A stretch of 53,587 nt of DNA, filler included, from Sphacelaria rigidula (taxonomy: Eukaryota): assembly GCA_964200075.2 (NCBI GenBank). It is 4 parts of 4 records of this genome, joined end to end, with 100 filler letters (N's around TTAATTAATTAA, not from the genome) between each part and the next. Parts side by side here need not be neighbours in the genome. Positions count along the whole stretch, not along the records: positions 1 to 13,323 come from CAXNAA020002964.1; 3 more parts are not named here. The stretch is one strand, 5' to 3'. Within the stretch, counting starts at the first letter, position 1; every line of letters begins with the position of its first letter. A program made the position numbers and the translations under genes. A model generated the notes under the pieces. It ran no database searches. It worked only from the letters and a program-made list of their open reading frames with translations, and was not told where the DNA came from. Of the stretch, positions 1 to 13,323 are shown piece after piece.

Positions 1-3000
1 CGACCGTACCCGCTTCCATGTTCGGGGAGCGCATGTGCATGGTGGCCATCTTCTTTTCCGCCACGACGAGGCCGAATGCCACACAGACCTCGACGACGGC
101 TGTCATCATCTTTGCCAGACTTTCTCGAGACCGCGAGGTTATGCCCACGTTATCGGGGTATGGCATAACCCAGAGCACTTCGCTGAGTTCGTCCCTAGTT
201 TTCCCGCCCCTTTCAGTGATTCGCATGAAATCCTGAACCAGCGCTTTATTGATCGAGAAACGGTCGAGCGTTACCGTCATCACCGCCACGAAAGTGATTT
301 TGAACAGATCGGGGGAAAATACACAACCTTGGCGGAGGCCCTGGTTTATGTTATACCACTCACATGTCTCGCCGCTATCCAGGAGTACGCATGCCCGCAT
401 GCGGTCATGGAACTGGCGGATGATGGGAATTACTTTGGCGGGTATACCGTAGCGTGCTAGAACCTTCCAGAGAAGAAAGCGGTCCACTGAGTCATATGCT
501 TCTTGGAGGTCGCTGGAGCACATGTACAGAGTAGGATTCTTTTCTCGGGCCAGTTCTCGGAGTCTGCGTACAACGAACAACATGTCGACTGTGGAACGGC
601 CAGGTCGGAAACCGCTTCCACTCGCAGTAGGCGCTGACTAGAGTCGCAACTATCTTGAGCACCACCTTGCCCGCGTGGGATCCGAGAGAAATATCACGGT
701 AGTTGCCGTATTCGTACGGGTCCTGTATCTTGAGCACCTTGATAACGGTGTCTTCCCACTCTTGCTGTACAACTTCCTGACGCCACATGGTGAGCACGAT
801 GTCGTGGAGGCACTTCAGGATGGCAGAGTCTCCGGTGCGGCCGAGCTTCAATAGTTCGCCACAGATGTTGTCCGTCCCAACGGCCTTGCCGTTCGCCCGT
901 TTGCCCACCGCTTCCTTCACTCCTGTCATCGAGGGCTCCGCCGCGAGCGGTGTGTGCTCCGGCAGCTCTTCGATGAGATCGATGACAGAGAGATCGATTG
1001 TAGGCGAGGTTGCGTTCAGCAGTGTCTCAAACCATTCCTTCCATCGTTGCAGGACAGCTTGCTTGTCCCGCAACAGCTCGCCAGTCGCGCTCCTGACGTA
1101 GGTCGAGTCGCTCTGCTTCTTCCCTTCTAATTCCAAGAACTTGATACGCTGGTACAGTCCTGCTTGATCCTTCTTGCGAAAAAAGTCCGCGGTCCGGACT
1201 GTGAATTCGTGGAGGAAGTTCTGCAGCTGAGCGTCCTTCACCCGGTCGAACGCCTTGTCCGTCATCTTTAGCGCCTTCTTCAGGACAGCGTCTTCCGGGT
1301 TTGCTCGTAGTTTTTTCCATGCACTTTCCCTGAGATCCCATGCCTTTTGGAGGCGATCCTGAGCTTGACATGACTCACAGAAACCTCTAGATGGGGTTTT
1401 CTTGGGGCATCGAGGGAGTGTATCTGCGGCCTTCTGTCGCAGGGCGTTGGCGAAGGTAGATGGCATGTCGTTGACGTCCATTACTGCGGCGGAATCAGTG
1501 GCATTCGGGAGCTTAACGGCGATGGCCTGTGAAGCAGTAGCTCTCCAGCTTCGGTCAGATGCAAGGGCTTTGCGGTCGAAACGCACTCCTCCATCCCCGC
1601 CTCTCGGTTTCGGTTGGCGGTTGGCTGCGTTCCGTCCAAGGAGACGGATGACGGCAGAGACCAGACGATGATCCGATTTCATCTCGGGGTGCACAGTGAC
1701 ATTTCGGACGAGTCTGCGGTTTTGCTGACATACGAGGATGTAGTCCAGGCGCTAGCGGTGCTCGAGCTTCGGCCCCGCATATGTGTACGCGGTCGAGCTT
1801 TCTCCGCGAGTTGGTGTGGGAAAAAATGTGTTGGTGATGGCCATTTTATTTTCCGCGGCGCAATCGAGGAGGTGTCTACCATTATCTTTCCGTGCCATAC
1901 TCTCCTAATACCCGAGCGTCATCCATACCTCCTACTTCTCTCTTTCCAGTACCAGCATTGGCATCCATCATTAGTACTAGGTGCTCGTTGGTGGGCACTT
2001 CAGCGATGGAACTACTGAGGGTTTTCCAGAACGTGATTTTTTCAGAAGCTTGTGCTATCTCAGTAGGAGCATGCCCTACAATGAAGGTTATTGTAACTCT
2101 ATGCCGGGAAGCTACTTGTACCTTCAGGATCCTGGCACTCACGTGTTCGGTGTGATGGCGTCTGGACTCAGTGTGCTTGCGATAGACTCCTTCATGGCAG
2201 GGCCGACTCCGAGCATTCCCGGTTTACCCCCGTCTCCATGGCAGCGGCCGCTGCAGTGAGCTATGCATCCTGCTGCTGGTGCGTGGAACGTTTTTGGTCC
2301 CTCGCAACGGGTTTCTTGGAGGGCGTCAAAATCACAGTTGTATTTGGACGCAAAAAACAGTAGGTCCTCTGCGTAGCCCGTCCCGTTGGAACCTCTCTCG
2401 GCCATGGTGCGTACATTCCATGTGGCCACCACCAGCTCTTTGGATCGTGTCACCGCCCTTGCGGCAGTACGATTGGCGTGAGCCTGAGCTTTGGCGGCTC
2501 GTCGAGCTGGTATTTCCCTACTTCTTTTCCTTCGTTTTTCTCTGCCCCTTTCATTCTGGCGTCTGATTCAGCGTTTGTGTGCTACAATTCTCCGTTTCCA
2601 CGCACTCTTCTGCCTACGCTGGTTCATGCCTCTCTGTTCTTGCGCGAGGTTCAGCGGACCCCGCGCACGTCAACCTCCATCAAGTCGACCTTCATGCTTA
2701 CACGCGCGCCGCTGTCTGCTCTCAGAGCTACGGCAATAACGCTTTCGGCGGTCGCGATGACTAGTCGGATCAGCGGCCCCTTCCGGTAGAGAAAGGCGCG
2801 TTCCGATATCATCGCCATGTAGAAGCACGTTTACGGGTGGTGAACACCATATGGTGCAGTCAGGGATGCTGGCGCGATGGGCATTCAAACCCACCCCACT
2901 GTGGTGCGTAGTAGTTAGGCCGTAGGCGTTGATCTCCGCACAAGCCGAATGTTGTACTCTTCCAGGGGTCGCTGCCTTAGCTCGCCTAAACCCGGTGTAG

Positions 3001-3083
3001 GCGATTCGGGTCTGCGACCGGGGAAAGGTATCGACTATATCACGGGTGATGGTCACCGTATGGCTTGCAGGAGCAGGGTACAT
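1..3083 (-). mobile_element. Decayed RTE-clade non-LTR retrotransposon (APE endonuclease + reverse transcriptase), 3' end cut by window edge
   Basis: Minus-strand translation gives APE motifs (VVATWNVRTM, ALQETR, VGHAPTE, MMDANA, SDHRLV) at about 2450-1660. RT motifs follow (GNYRDISL, AYDSVDR..LW.VLARYG, QGLRQGCVFSP) down to base 1. The catalytic YADD reads YPDN, and there are several frameshifts and stops. Confidence 0.93.
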
Positions 3084-3300
3084 GGAATGAGGAGTAACCC
3101 AGCTGCCGCACGGGCGTGGTATGGAGCAGATTGACGGTAGATGTCACGGATTCTCCGTACTAGTCAAATTGCTGCGTCTTTCCTTGGGTCGCTGCCGTCA
3201 GCCAGCCCAAACCCGGCCTCAGTGCTCGGACCGAGCCCGGAGGGAAAGAACAACACACGAGTCTAGATCTAAACGTTTTCCGCCAAGTCATTCGTATTCA

Positions 3301-3481
3301 CCCTTTGATCGCTAGGGTAGGTGATCTGTTGAATCGACATCACGACACTCACATTCAGAAATGTCAGCTTTTCATTAATTAACCCTTACACTGCGATGCG
3401 GATATTCCATCTGGATCACGCACTTTTATCGAGTGAAATCGCTGCCGATTCAGCAGGTGACCTACCCTCGCGGCCAAAGGG
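3301..3481. mobile_element. piggyBac-type MITE, 181 bp
   Basis: About 39-bp imperfect TIRs starting CCC (ccctttgatcgctagggtaggtgatctg vs reverse complement ccctttggccgcgagggtaggtcacctg). Flanked by TTCA (3297-3300) and TTAA (3482-3485). Confidence 0.75.
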
Positions 3482-4842
3482 TTAATGGAAAATATAGAAA
3501 CAACGTGTTCTTGTTTGAAGCTTACTCCCAGTCAAGTCTCTCAATCTGGCGAACGGTTGTTTAAAATGCTGAAAGTGGTAATTCAACATATTTGCCATGT
3601 GGCACCTGACGGGAACATGCCAGACATGTGTACCGTTGCAGCGTTGCAGCTCTTCGACTAGGCCATGCGAGCAAATGGGGGGCAAAGTTTTCTGTTACCG
3701 GGATCAGAGGAGCTAGCGCTGAGTCGCCGACAGCCATGACCACACCGCTCAAAAAACATGCGCAACTAGCGGGGCTATGGGATCAAAGTTCACAACGCTC
3801 TAATTTCCAGCGAGAGGAGTGGTGGCACGCACGATAGCCGGGCAGAATGTTGTGACCGTTACGGCGGGAATAGGGAGGAAAACGAGTACGATAGCGCATA
3901 GATATAGGGCAAGCAGCGCAGCCGGAACAGCATGGAGCTAGGGTACTGGAGAGCGCAGAAGGGGAGTATGCAGACACGAATGGGCTCATGGCTAGGCTGG
4001 ATCCAGTTGAGTTTGGATCATGTGGCGATGTGCGAATATCGGTGCGGGCGCGCTGTATTGGGGTGGTATGAGCACACGGGCAAATACAGTACTAGACTCG
4101 GAAGTATGGGCCAGGCACCTGACGCCAGGGGAAGTTTGGGTGAGGGCGCCAACGGTGGCGGTGGCAGGACATCTCATTCCATCCCGACACTAACATAATA
4201 AAGCGGACAGATAGAAATACTCTGCAGCATGTGCACGCAATGTGGGATATTCGTAGCCTAGCACTACTGTAAGCGCCGTCAAACCCATCATCACTTTCAG
4301 TAAACGGGTAGTGACGTGGACACCCGTAACTCGCAGCATGAGCACCACGTACTTGATGAGCGAGAAAAAGAAGTTCCCCCGAACCGAAGATGGGCTGCTG
4401 CTTTAGCTCATAGAGTACTACGCGTGTAGAATGCACGGCACGACCCTCCGCGACTTATCTACATGCCAAAGGAGCCGCGGCGTACACAACAGAGCAAGAT
4501 TGGGGCGCGTTGCAGACTCAGAGTGGGGTGCTTGCTCCGTGGGGCATTGCTGCTATGCATCGTGCACAGCACTACAGCAAGGGATTGTGCAATTTGTACA
4601 CCCCATGGTATACGCCACGGTATACGCCATGGTATATTCTATGGTAAATGCCATGACCATGCCAAGCGTCAGAACACAAACGTGGCGTTGTGTACTGAGG
4701 AATCGAAGCCGGTGAAACTGGCGATTTGAACGGAGGAAATTCAATGCCGCAGCTGACCATATGCCTATACCGATCCAACTGGATACGCTCATTCCCAGCT
4801 ACTATGGGATGAAACTGATTCGGCCGCAGCGGGGTCTTTGCG

Positions 4843-7800
4843 TCACATGTGCATCTCGAATAACTTTGAAGCAACCATGGGCGTGTGTAGATGATGAAGC
4901 GCCTGAACCGGGAGATTGGAAGGAACAGTTTCAGAAGGGTTAACTGCAAGTTGCACTAAATAAATGATCCAAACACATATTTTGAAGCAGCGGTGAGGTG
5001 ATACCGAGTGGTATAAGCCCATGCATCTTCTGGACACCCCTTGCACACATGAGATGTTCACCTGGTACGTTGACGGCTTGTGTCACGCTTGCTTCCCATG
5101 TGCACGGTAGTATGGACCCAAATAAGAAGTGCTGTATTACGGGCATCTTTCCAAGAACATCTCCTGCAACATCAAACAACGCGCGCGTGCAAACGAGTCA
5201 TCACATCCGGACAACGCAGGCGCCTACGACCCACTGAGATACGATAGCCGATGACGTCACCAATGGGGGAGGGACTGATGCGAAATGCCAACAGGACAAA
5301 CGATTAGAGGACATAGATACGTCCGATATTACAACACCTTCGTAAAGCCGCTGCATGCCAGCATTGACCCGTTTCCACGACGGCAGCTGCGATATATCAT
5401 TCAACATCGGGCAACACTCCCCGAAGGCCGCTCCCTTCTTCAGGCTCTTGATGAAGCGAATAGCATCCAGATAGAGATAGTCCTCTTTCCCTGCTCGTGA
5501 TAGGAATAGAAAACGGACTATGTTGTACGCCGGACATGTGGCAAAGGGTGATACGTCGGCAGTGGAACGATATCAAAGACAAGCACTCGACCTTCCTCGC
5601 ACCGATTTCCTTTTCTTAGCTGTAGATCAAGATGGGTCAGTGGAGCTTCTCCTTTTATTGCAATCCGACACGTGTACGTGTTTCACAACACACCACCAGT
5701 CAGCCTACAAAAGTTCCCTGTCGAGCGAGAATTCGTACGTTCCTTCCCTTTCGGAAATGCCTATTACGGGGGATCATTGTTAATAGGAATGGATGCATGA
5801 AAGGACGTAACTCGAGCATTTCGGGGTCGATTTCAACAAATGATTTCAACAAACGATAGCTCGGATGAACCGCAAGGTCCAAGCAAACAATGGCCAGCAA
5901 CAAAAAATTAAAAATTAAATGCACACAAGAAGTTAAGGCCCATTCCGTGAAAACTTCCTGTTGAGATATGACATGCCATATCTCTGGCGTGTTGACGTCA
6001 AATTCAACAAACGATAGCTCATATGAACCGCAAGGTCCACGCGAACAATGGCTAGCAATAAAAATGAAAAATAAATGCACGTAAGAAGTTGAGGCCCATT
6101 CCGTGAAAATTTCCTGTTGGTTTCCCTCCGATCATGGATCAGGGGTTGAGATATGACATGCCGTATCTCTGGCGTGTTGACGTCAAATTCAACAAATGAT
6201 AGCTCGGATGAACCGCAAGATCCACGTGATCAGCACTCAGCAACACAAAACCATAAAAAAAAAATGCACACAAAAAGGTACAGCTCATTTCGTGGAATAT
6301 TCCAGTGGATGCCCCTCCGATCATGAATTAGGGGTTGAGATGTGGCATGCCATATCTACGGCGTTGACGCCAAATTCAACAAACGGCAGCTCGGATGAAC
6401 CGCAAGGTCCACGCGATCAACACTCAGCAACACAAAACCATAAAAAAAAATGCACACAAAAAGGCAACGCTCATTTCATGAAATATTCCAGTCGGTGCCC
6501 CTCCGATCATGAATTAGGGGTTGGAAATATCGCATGCGATATCTACGGCGTTGACGCCAAATTCAACAAACGGCAGCTCGGATGGACCGCAAGGTCCACG
6601 CGATCAACACTCAGCAAGAAAAAAAATGCACATAAAAAGGTAAGGCTCACTTCGTGAAATATTTCGTGTCAGGGGTTGGAGATATGGCATGCCATATCTT
6701 CGGCGTGTTGACGTCAAATTCAACAACGGCTGCCTTGTCTGCAGCAACGACTTCCTTCTCTGCAGCCACGGCTTCTTCACTTCTTTCTATTTCCTTCCTC
6801 TTGATGTACGCGTGTGGCTCATCTTTTCTCGCCACTTTTGGAGCAGTGCCAGGAAGCGCTGCTGTTTTCCTACCCCTCTTCCGGGGCATAGCTGCGGGGC
6901 ACGCTATGATCTGGAGACCCCCACTCCAGTTGGGCATATCTCGAGCGCATTTTCAAATTTTTAAAAACGGTTTCAAGAGCTCCCTCGGTCATATTCCAAG
7001 TTTTCCATCGATTATTCGTGTGCGTGTTCCTTCAGGGATGTGGGAACGGCGTTTTTCCCCATACGAAAAACATTGCTGTCATAATCAACATGACCTCTTG
7101 CATGCTGTGCGATACGCCTGAGGACGACATCACCATCGTTGGAAAGCCACAATTGCCAGCTTTCGTACGGTGTGCCCAACGCATACCACTACACATGTCA
7201 TCTCGTTGGTTTTGTCTGAAAACTGCAGAAGAAAATATCGCGTAGACGGCTATGACTAAAATCATCATTCGCACATTTTTTCTCGAACTTTTGTCCTCGC
7301 GCGTTTTTTGTTCCTACTAGCATTGTTCCTCCGTAATAGCACAATATTAATGCAGCACTCGGCGAAGATTTGTCTATGTATACCTCATGTGCTGTGAGTC
7401 GACAAAGAAAGAAGGCACATTCAGCTGCTGATGACATGTGTAGTACGGGTTGCTATCTGTTGCAGTACAGTCGTAGGGTTAGTGTGATGCTCGGCGGCAA
7501 CTATCAATCGCGTCCGGTTATCGTTCTGTGAGAGTAATCTCCAAGAGAGGGTGCATAGTCTCTTCGTGTGTGGGCTGCACCTTTAACAGATTTAGGGCGG
7601 GCCGGATTTTCCGTTTCTTATTTTCCAAACATGACACAAGCAAGTCGCCCGAAAAGCGATCAGCTTTCGAGGACCGATTCGCTCAGACGTGTGTATCAAG
7701 ACGCGTGAAAAGGCAGGCATCAATGAGGTACATGTGTCATACGCTTCATCATGTTCTCCGTTTCACACGAATGACCACCCCCGAGTAGGGGTTTTGACCG

Positions 7801-9332
7801 TTGGCAGGCTCCGGGTCCTACAGAGGTTAATGGTGACACAACCCCATTAGCGTCAAGTCTCAAACGTGGCGTGGAACATGCCAGGAGCATACCTTCGTTC
7901 AGCACACTCTCGTCTTGAATGTCGCTGGGTGTGATTGACTCGTGTTCGATGAGCTGAGCACTACCCCACACAAAGGGTAGGCAGTGATAGTCATCCAACC
8001 CCCAGACCCCATGGGAACCAGCAGGCTCTAGCATGTACTCTGTTTGCAGCCTGTGCATAACCTGCAAATAACTACACAGTGAGCAGAACGACGCGGGAGT
8101 GCATTGTTCACGTTTGATGAGCGAATGCCAATGTGGCAATCCTACGGGACTTTTGATGCAGTTTCCAACCCTAAGCGTCGTGTGGTTTGTCACCTGTAGA
8201 AGATTCTTAGCACTGCAGGTTTCACGTCATCCTTCCTCAAGATTCCGATCTTGTATAGGCAACCTGTACAAAGAGCACGATTAGTGAAGACGAGCCGACG
8301 ATGGTAGTCCATGAAAAGTAATCAAAGCAGCCAATGGCGACGGATTTCCAGCTGTGTGAGACGTGGACAATATTTTCGACTTCTTGCGCACAGGACATCC
8401 CCAACCCGTCATGGCCGGGTGATCGGCAAACAACTCACATAGCCACACCACAAATGTTGTTTCGTGCCCCGTGCCGTAGTCAATGCGACTCGGGTCCCCG
8501 AACGATGCCAATAAATACGGCACCAGCTCAACCACAGCCGCCTGTCGAACAAGTGTCAGCGGTGAACGAGGAAGGTTTTACACGTAGAAATGAGAAGGTC
8601 TGCTGAATCCTTTACAAGTACAGCGTGGTCCGCCATGTTGAAGCTTACCTCATGGCCGCTGCCTTGGAGAAGAGAGAGTACCATTCCTTCCGCCTCTTGC
8701 TCAAATTTCTGGTACCACAGCCTGCCGAACGAACGACAGAAACAGATCCCATGGGCGATTGGGCGATGGTAGCGGAGGTAATTTTCAACAACTCCATGGC
8801 GACATATATACTCGGACACACCAGGCCTTTGATTGTGCACCTGTCCATTGGCACAATGATCATGAGGTGGATTGCTTTCAACCACCCTACGGCTACGCAC
8901 CAAGAGTCGACATCACCGCGTATATGAGCAGAACTCGAATTCGTGGAACGATCTTCCCTTTGGGCAGACACGCAAAAACATTATTCATACGAGTCAACAG
9001 GAACTGAATGAGGTAATGCGGGGTGTGTTCGAGGACATTTTAAAATATACAAGTACTAGATGAATGTCGTTGTTGCCCATGGGCGTGCTTGGCGCGGCCT
9101 CCGTTCACGTGAGTAAATGATCTGCTCACCTGAATGCCTTGTTGCCGAACCTCATTGGTTCGTCTATCGGGGGGATGTCGTCCACCCAACTGCCCATCAC
9201 TTCCAGCATCGCCACGATGCAGCCGACAACATCTTTCCGTGAAGTAGGGACGGCGGGTATCGTAGACGTACGTCGCACCCCGATGACGGAGTCGTTGCAC
9301 AAGCGCACGAAAGTCATCAACTCGCTGTAGGT
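4843..9332 (-). CDS. PTPA: Serine/threonine-protein phosphatase 2A activator (PTPA / RRD family), multi-exon, start exon unresolved
   Basis: Exons with GT..AG boundaries and consistent phases: 9332-9130, 8721-8649, 8541-8439, 8263-8194, 8071-7893, 5490-5338, 5163-5062, 4943-4843 (last exon least certain). Family motifs present: [92 protein letters not shown]. Confidence 0.93.
5845..6727. repeat. Tandem array of about 5 units of 157-187 bp inside the large PTPA intron
   Basis: The core ttcaacaaacg..agctcggatgaaccgcaaggtccac recurs at about 5846, 6004, 6189, 6376 and 6563, with a partial unit at 6720. Confidence 0.88.
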
Positions 9333-10919
9333 CTGGTTTATGCAAAAAAGGGGGGTGAACGTGAGCGAACGATGGATACGATGTCGGCGGCGCAGTACTA
9401 CATTTTCTTATCTCTAATCGCTCGCAATATACTGCTTTCGCCGTGTGACAGACGGGAGCAGGCTCCCGGGGCTACCAGTGGCGAATTATCACAGGTAGTT
9501 TAACCCCGTGATCCAGTGAGTCTCAATCTGATAAATCGAAACGCTCGCACCCGCTCCGCCAAAATCTGGGTACACACACTAGCTTTCTCTAGTCCGTTAT
9601 GCGCGCAGCGTAGGCCAGCATCAAAAGTGCAAGTCTCCAGTAGTATTTTTTTCCTCGTTTCAAACATTTTGAATCCTGGAAAAACAGACACTTCTTGGCT
9701 TCCATTTCCAATTATGGCTGTCAAGGCTTCACAAATTTCTGAGACGTCGGCTATATCGCTGTGTTTTGAATAATCAAGACACTGCTATTCAAAGAGTTCA
9801 TGTCGGCAAATTTGTCGTCACCAGAGTGTGCATCATGGGATGCGTGACACACACGCTCTTGTTTGGTCGGTGACCGAATCGCGAGTCTTTAAGGCACAGT
9901 ACAGTAGTAAAAACTTTTGTCCGTGTTGGCTGGTACATCCCACAAAGGGGGTCTGTGCTGGCACAGAAGGCGTTGCTCATGGGTTGACGTGATACCGGGG
10001 GTTAACTTCAAACCAATCCTTGACATGAAAAACAAAAACAGAAAAAATTCACAGCAACCGTCGCGCATAGCACACTGCTTGCAGCTGCTGAGTGCTGCGT
10101 GAAAGCCAGTGTACGGTGCTACTGGTGGTATCTCTGGGTTGGTGACTTTCGACATGTGCGCCATTTCTTCAACCCTCCTATTTGTCGAGTCAGAGGCATG
10201 ATTAACGTCAGTAGTACAGTACAGTGCAGTACAGTGCAGGCAAGACAATACAAGACAACGCGGGTTTGACATGACACGTGCGGCACACGATGTACAGCTC
10301 CACCATGGGATACACGGCACATCGATCCGCACATGATCCCATATCAACGTGACACGAAGCCCATGATGGCCTGCACCGTGCCCCTCGGTTTCTCCCCGCA
10401 GACTGAAGAGATAACTATGCTCAGCTCTTGCGTAGGTAGACATGCTGCCAAACGGTGAGGGTGTGGGAGCAAAGATACACATGACCTTTTTTTTGTTCCT
10501 GTTGCGGTATCCCGACTGTCGCATATATTGCACGTACATCGTCACTCGTCACATCGTGCTGTCCGAGGGAAACATCGAAGGAGATTCTGCACCTTGACAA
10601 GAGTTGGACGTGGCGTTGAGGTATCGGATTGGTCGAGTTACTCACAACATGGGGTTGGCCTACGGTGGTCCCATGACATATATACATTCATGCATGCATA
10701 CATACACCCCGTTTTTTCAAATGGTTTCGTACACCCCGACACCCACTGCCCGGACATTGTGGACTGGTGGCAGCATGCACCCACGGCTACTAATGAAACA
10801 ATGCGTAGATGTGGCACGTCCGTTACGACCCCAAATCCCCTTGTTTGCCAAGGGGCGCTGTTTCCCCAAGAAATAACTACTCCTACGCCCCCCCCTCCGT
10901 CCACTTGAGCGCGATTCCC

Positions 10920-11808
10920 TTGTGCGGGATGGGGAAACCTCAACTCTGCGCAAGAGGGGTGATCATACTACGTAATGTCTCATATGGTGATACACCCATA
11001 ATGCAGTGTGTATGTAACACATGGCTGCCTCTGGAAGTGGCGATACCAAAAAATGAAACATCTCATTGTAGGTTGTCATCCATATTCAAGATAATTAGTA
11101 AGCTTCGGGCCGAACAATCTTATCAGGATGCAGCTCACCCTTCATGCGACTCGCCGATCACATGACGGCGCTTGGCGCTTGGTGATTGATTGCAAGCCTG
11201 GTCCGGCGACACCCGGCGTGCTCCGTCCCGGCTTTGTAGGGGTGCGAGGTCAATGGTCATATGACTACGGGATGAAAGATCATGAGTGCCCCCCGCCCCC
11301 CCTCCCCTTGAAGGTTGGCGTCGGTTGGCAAAGACGCTGTGAAACACGCCACTCACTGCGTAAGCTAGGCAACCAGACTACCGTTTTTTTTCTCGCTCGC
11401 GTGCTTTTGCGTGAACCATGATGGGGATCGAGTTAGATCATATTGTGCGGGGCGTAAAACCTCAACTCCCCGCAACGAGGATGATCGTACTACGCATGTT
11501 CAAATGGTGAAACACTCATGAGGCAGTGTAAAAGCTGTGGCTGTCTCTGGAAGTGGCGATATCAGCAAATGAAGCAAGTCATTGGAGGCTGTCATCCATA
11601 CGCAAGATAATCAGTACGATTCGGGCCTAAGAATCTTAGCAGGATGCAGCTCGCCCCTGATGCGACTCGCCGAACACGCCACGGCGCTTCGCGCTTGATA
11701 ATTGCAAGCCTGTCCCGCGAAACCCAACGAAACCCGTCTCGGTTTGTAGGGATGCGAGGTCAATCGTCCTATGACTGCGGCATGCAAGACCATGAGTATA
11801 CCCCCCCG
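10920..11808. repeat. Two diverged direct copies of an approximately 370-bp unit (10920-11300 and 11443-11808)
   Basis: Shared blocks aaacctcaactc, ctctggaagtggcgata, caggatgcagctc, gcgactcgccga, gcgaggtcaat and catgagt occur in the same order in both copies. Confidence 0.8.
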
Positions 11809-11928
11809 CGCGCGAAGCCTCTTCAACTAACGTCCAGCGAGCGATCCGGGCGCTGGACGAGTTCAGGTTTCGGCTGTGAGTGGTGCAAAAGTAGTTCAAC
11901 ACTCCCGTTGGTGAACAGGGGTGTGCAC

Positions 11929-12385
11929 CAGGGCGTCAAAAAGTGCCTGCGGCGCTGCGGCAGCGCAGAGTCCCGACGGGCTTATCTGCGGCTTGCCGTA
12001 GGGAAAAAATGGCGCCGTAGGCATTTCGCCGGAGGCGAAAAAGAAATCTGCGGCCCCCTTGTCGCCGAAGGCAACAAAATTTTTTGAGAGGGTCTTTCTA
12101 TGTGCAGCATCCGGAAAATTTTCGTCTATTTACGCACAACATTCCGTGCCTTGTTCATATTACTCTCTAAATGTACTATTTTTGTGCGTCAAACAACGTC
12201 AAACCCCTTAAAATAGGTTTCACCACGTACTAAAACCATTTTTGGACATTTTTTGGAGGGTATTTCGAAAGGAAAGGCCGAATTTTCACGTTCCGCGCTC
12301 CGCGGGGCCTCTCCGGGGCCGCACATCGCCTTCGGCTCTTGTCTGCGCGAGCGCAGACCGAGCCTCCGGACGTTTTGACGCCCTG
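11929..12385. mobile_element. hAT-type MITE, 457 bp
   Basis: Perfect 13-bp TIR CAGGGCGTCAAAA / TTTTGACGCCCTG and a perfect 8-bp TSD GTGTGCAC at 11921-11928 and 12386-12393. Confidence 0.88.
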
Positions 12386-13323
12386 GTGTGCACGTTCATT
12401 TCTTACTGGACCGGAGTATGTAACAGGTAAGAGCGAAGGCCCAGGAAACAAGCTAAATAACTGCAGAGTTGATAGGAACTAGACTAGTGTCTTCATCCAT
12501 CAGCTAATAATGCAAAGTATAGCCTTTTCCAGCGACGCTAGATTTGATCAAAGGGAGGTCGTGACTGAGGTAGTTATCGAGCTTTCCACCTGCACACACT
12601 CGTTTCCTGTCGTGCAGCACTGCTTTTTCTCAAGCTCACACAACTCCATCACAGCAAAAACATGCCCCCTACGCCCACGACGTGCTTTATTGAAAAGTGG
12701 ATTGGTGCTTTTTGACGGTGAGACAGCACATCAAAAGCATGAGGTTATCTAGTTTTTCTTACGAAGGTAATACATATACACCTCACAGTTACTTGAACAA
12801 AAGAGTGTAGCTAGGTAGCATGTAACTTGCAACGATACGAGGCAAGACGATGTAAAACAGATACTCCCTCTGTCCCATAAGTAAAGTCGGTTATGTTTAT
12901 ACGAGCCCTTAACGGTGTCCGATTCGATTTTCGACTCTTTTATTGCATTCGTTGGCGTTTTTTTAGCTGAACACAACACTCTTTCCACAATGTCGGTGCT
13001 CAACGCGTGCAGTCTCACGATCGAGAAAGAGTAGGTCAGCCAGAAAACGGCGATTTTTTAAGCATGGGGGATCCGGGAACACGAAAAATCGCGAAAAACC
13101 GTGAAAAAAACGTGAAAATCGAAAAAAAACAGTGAGGTTGGATACCCCCGTGACACAAACATACTTTCAGCATGTAATCGCTCGTGTTTCACGAAAAACG
13201 TCCAAAATTGGTCAATATTGGGGTGTACGTGGACCAAAAGTGGGCCAAAATGGGCATATTTTGACGTCATTTCAGTATGGACCACTAACTTTTTATTCAT
13301 TTATTATTTTTGCATCAGCTTCG

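Noticed and set aside
18..460. Plus-strand ORFs of 72-141 aa
   Set aside because: They are antisense shadows of the minus-strand RT frame.
4601..4662. 12-bp tandem ccatggtatacg repeats
   Set aside because: A short decayed minisatellite with no further support.
5845..6727. CRISPR-like periodicity
   Set aside because: Whole units are repeated with no unique spacers, there are no cas genes, and the array lies in a eukaryotic intron.
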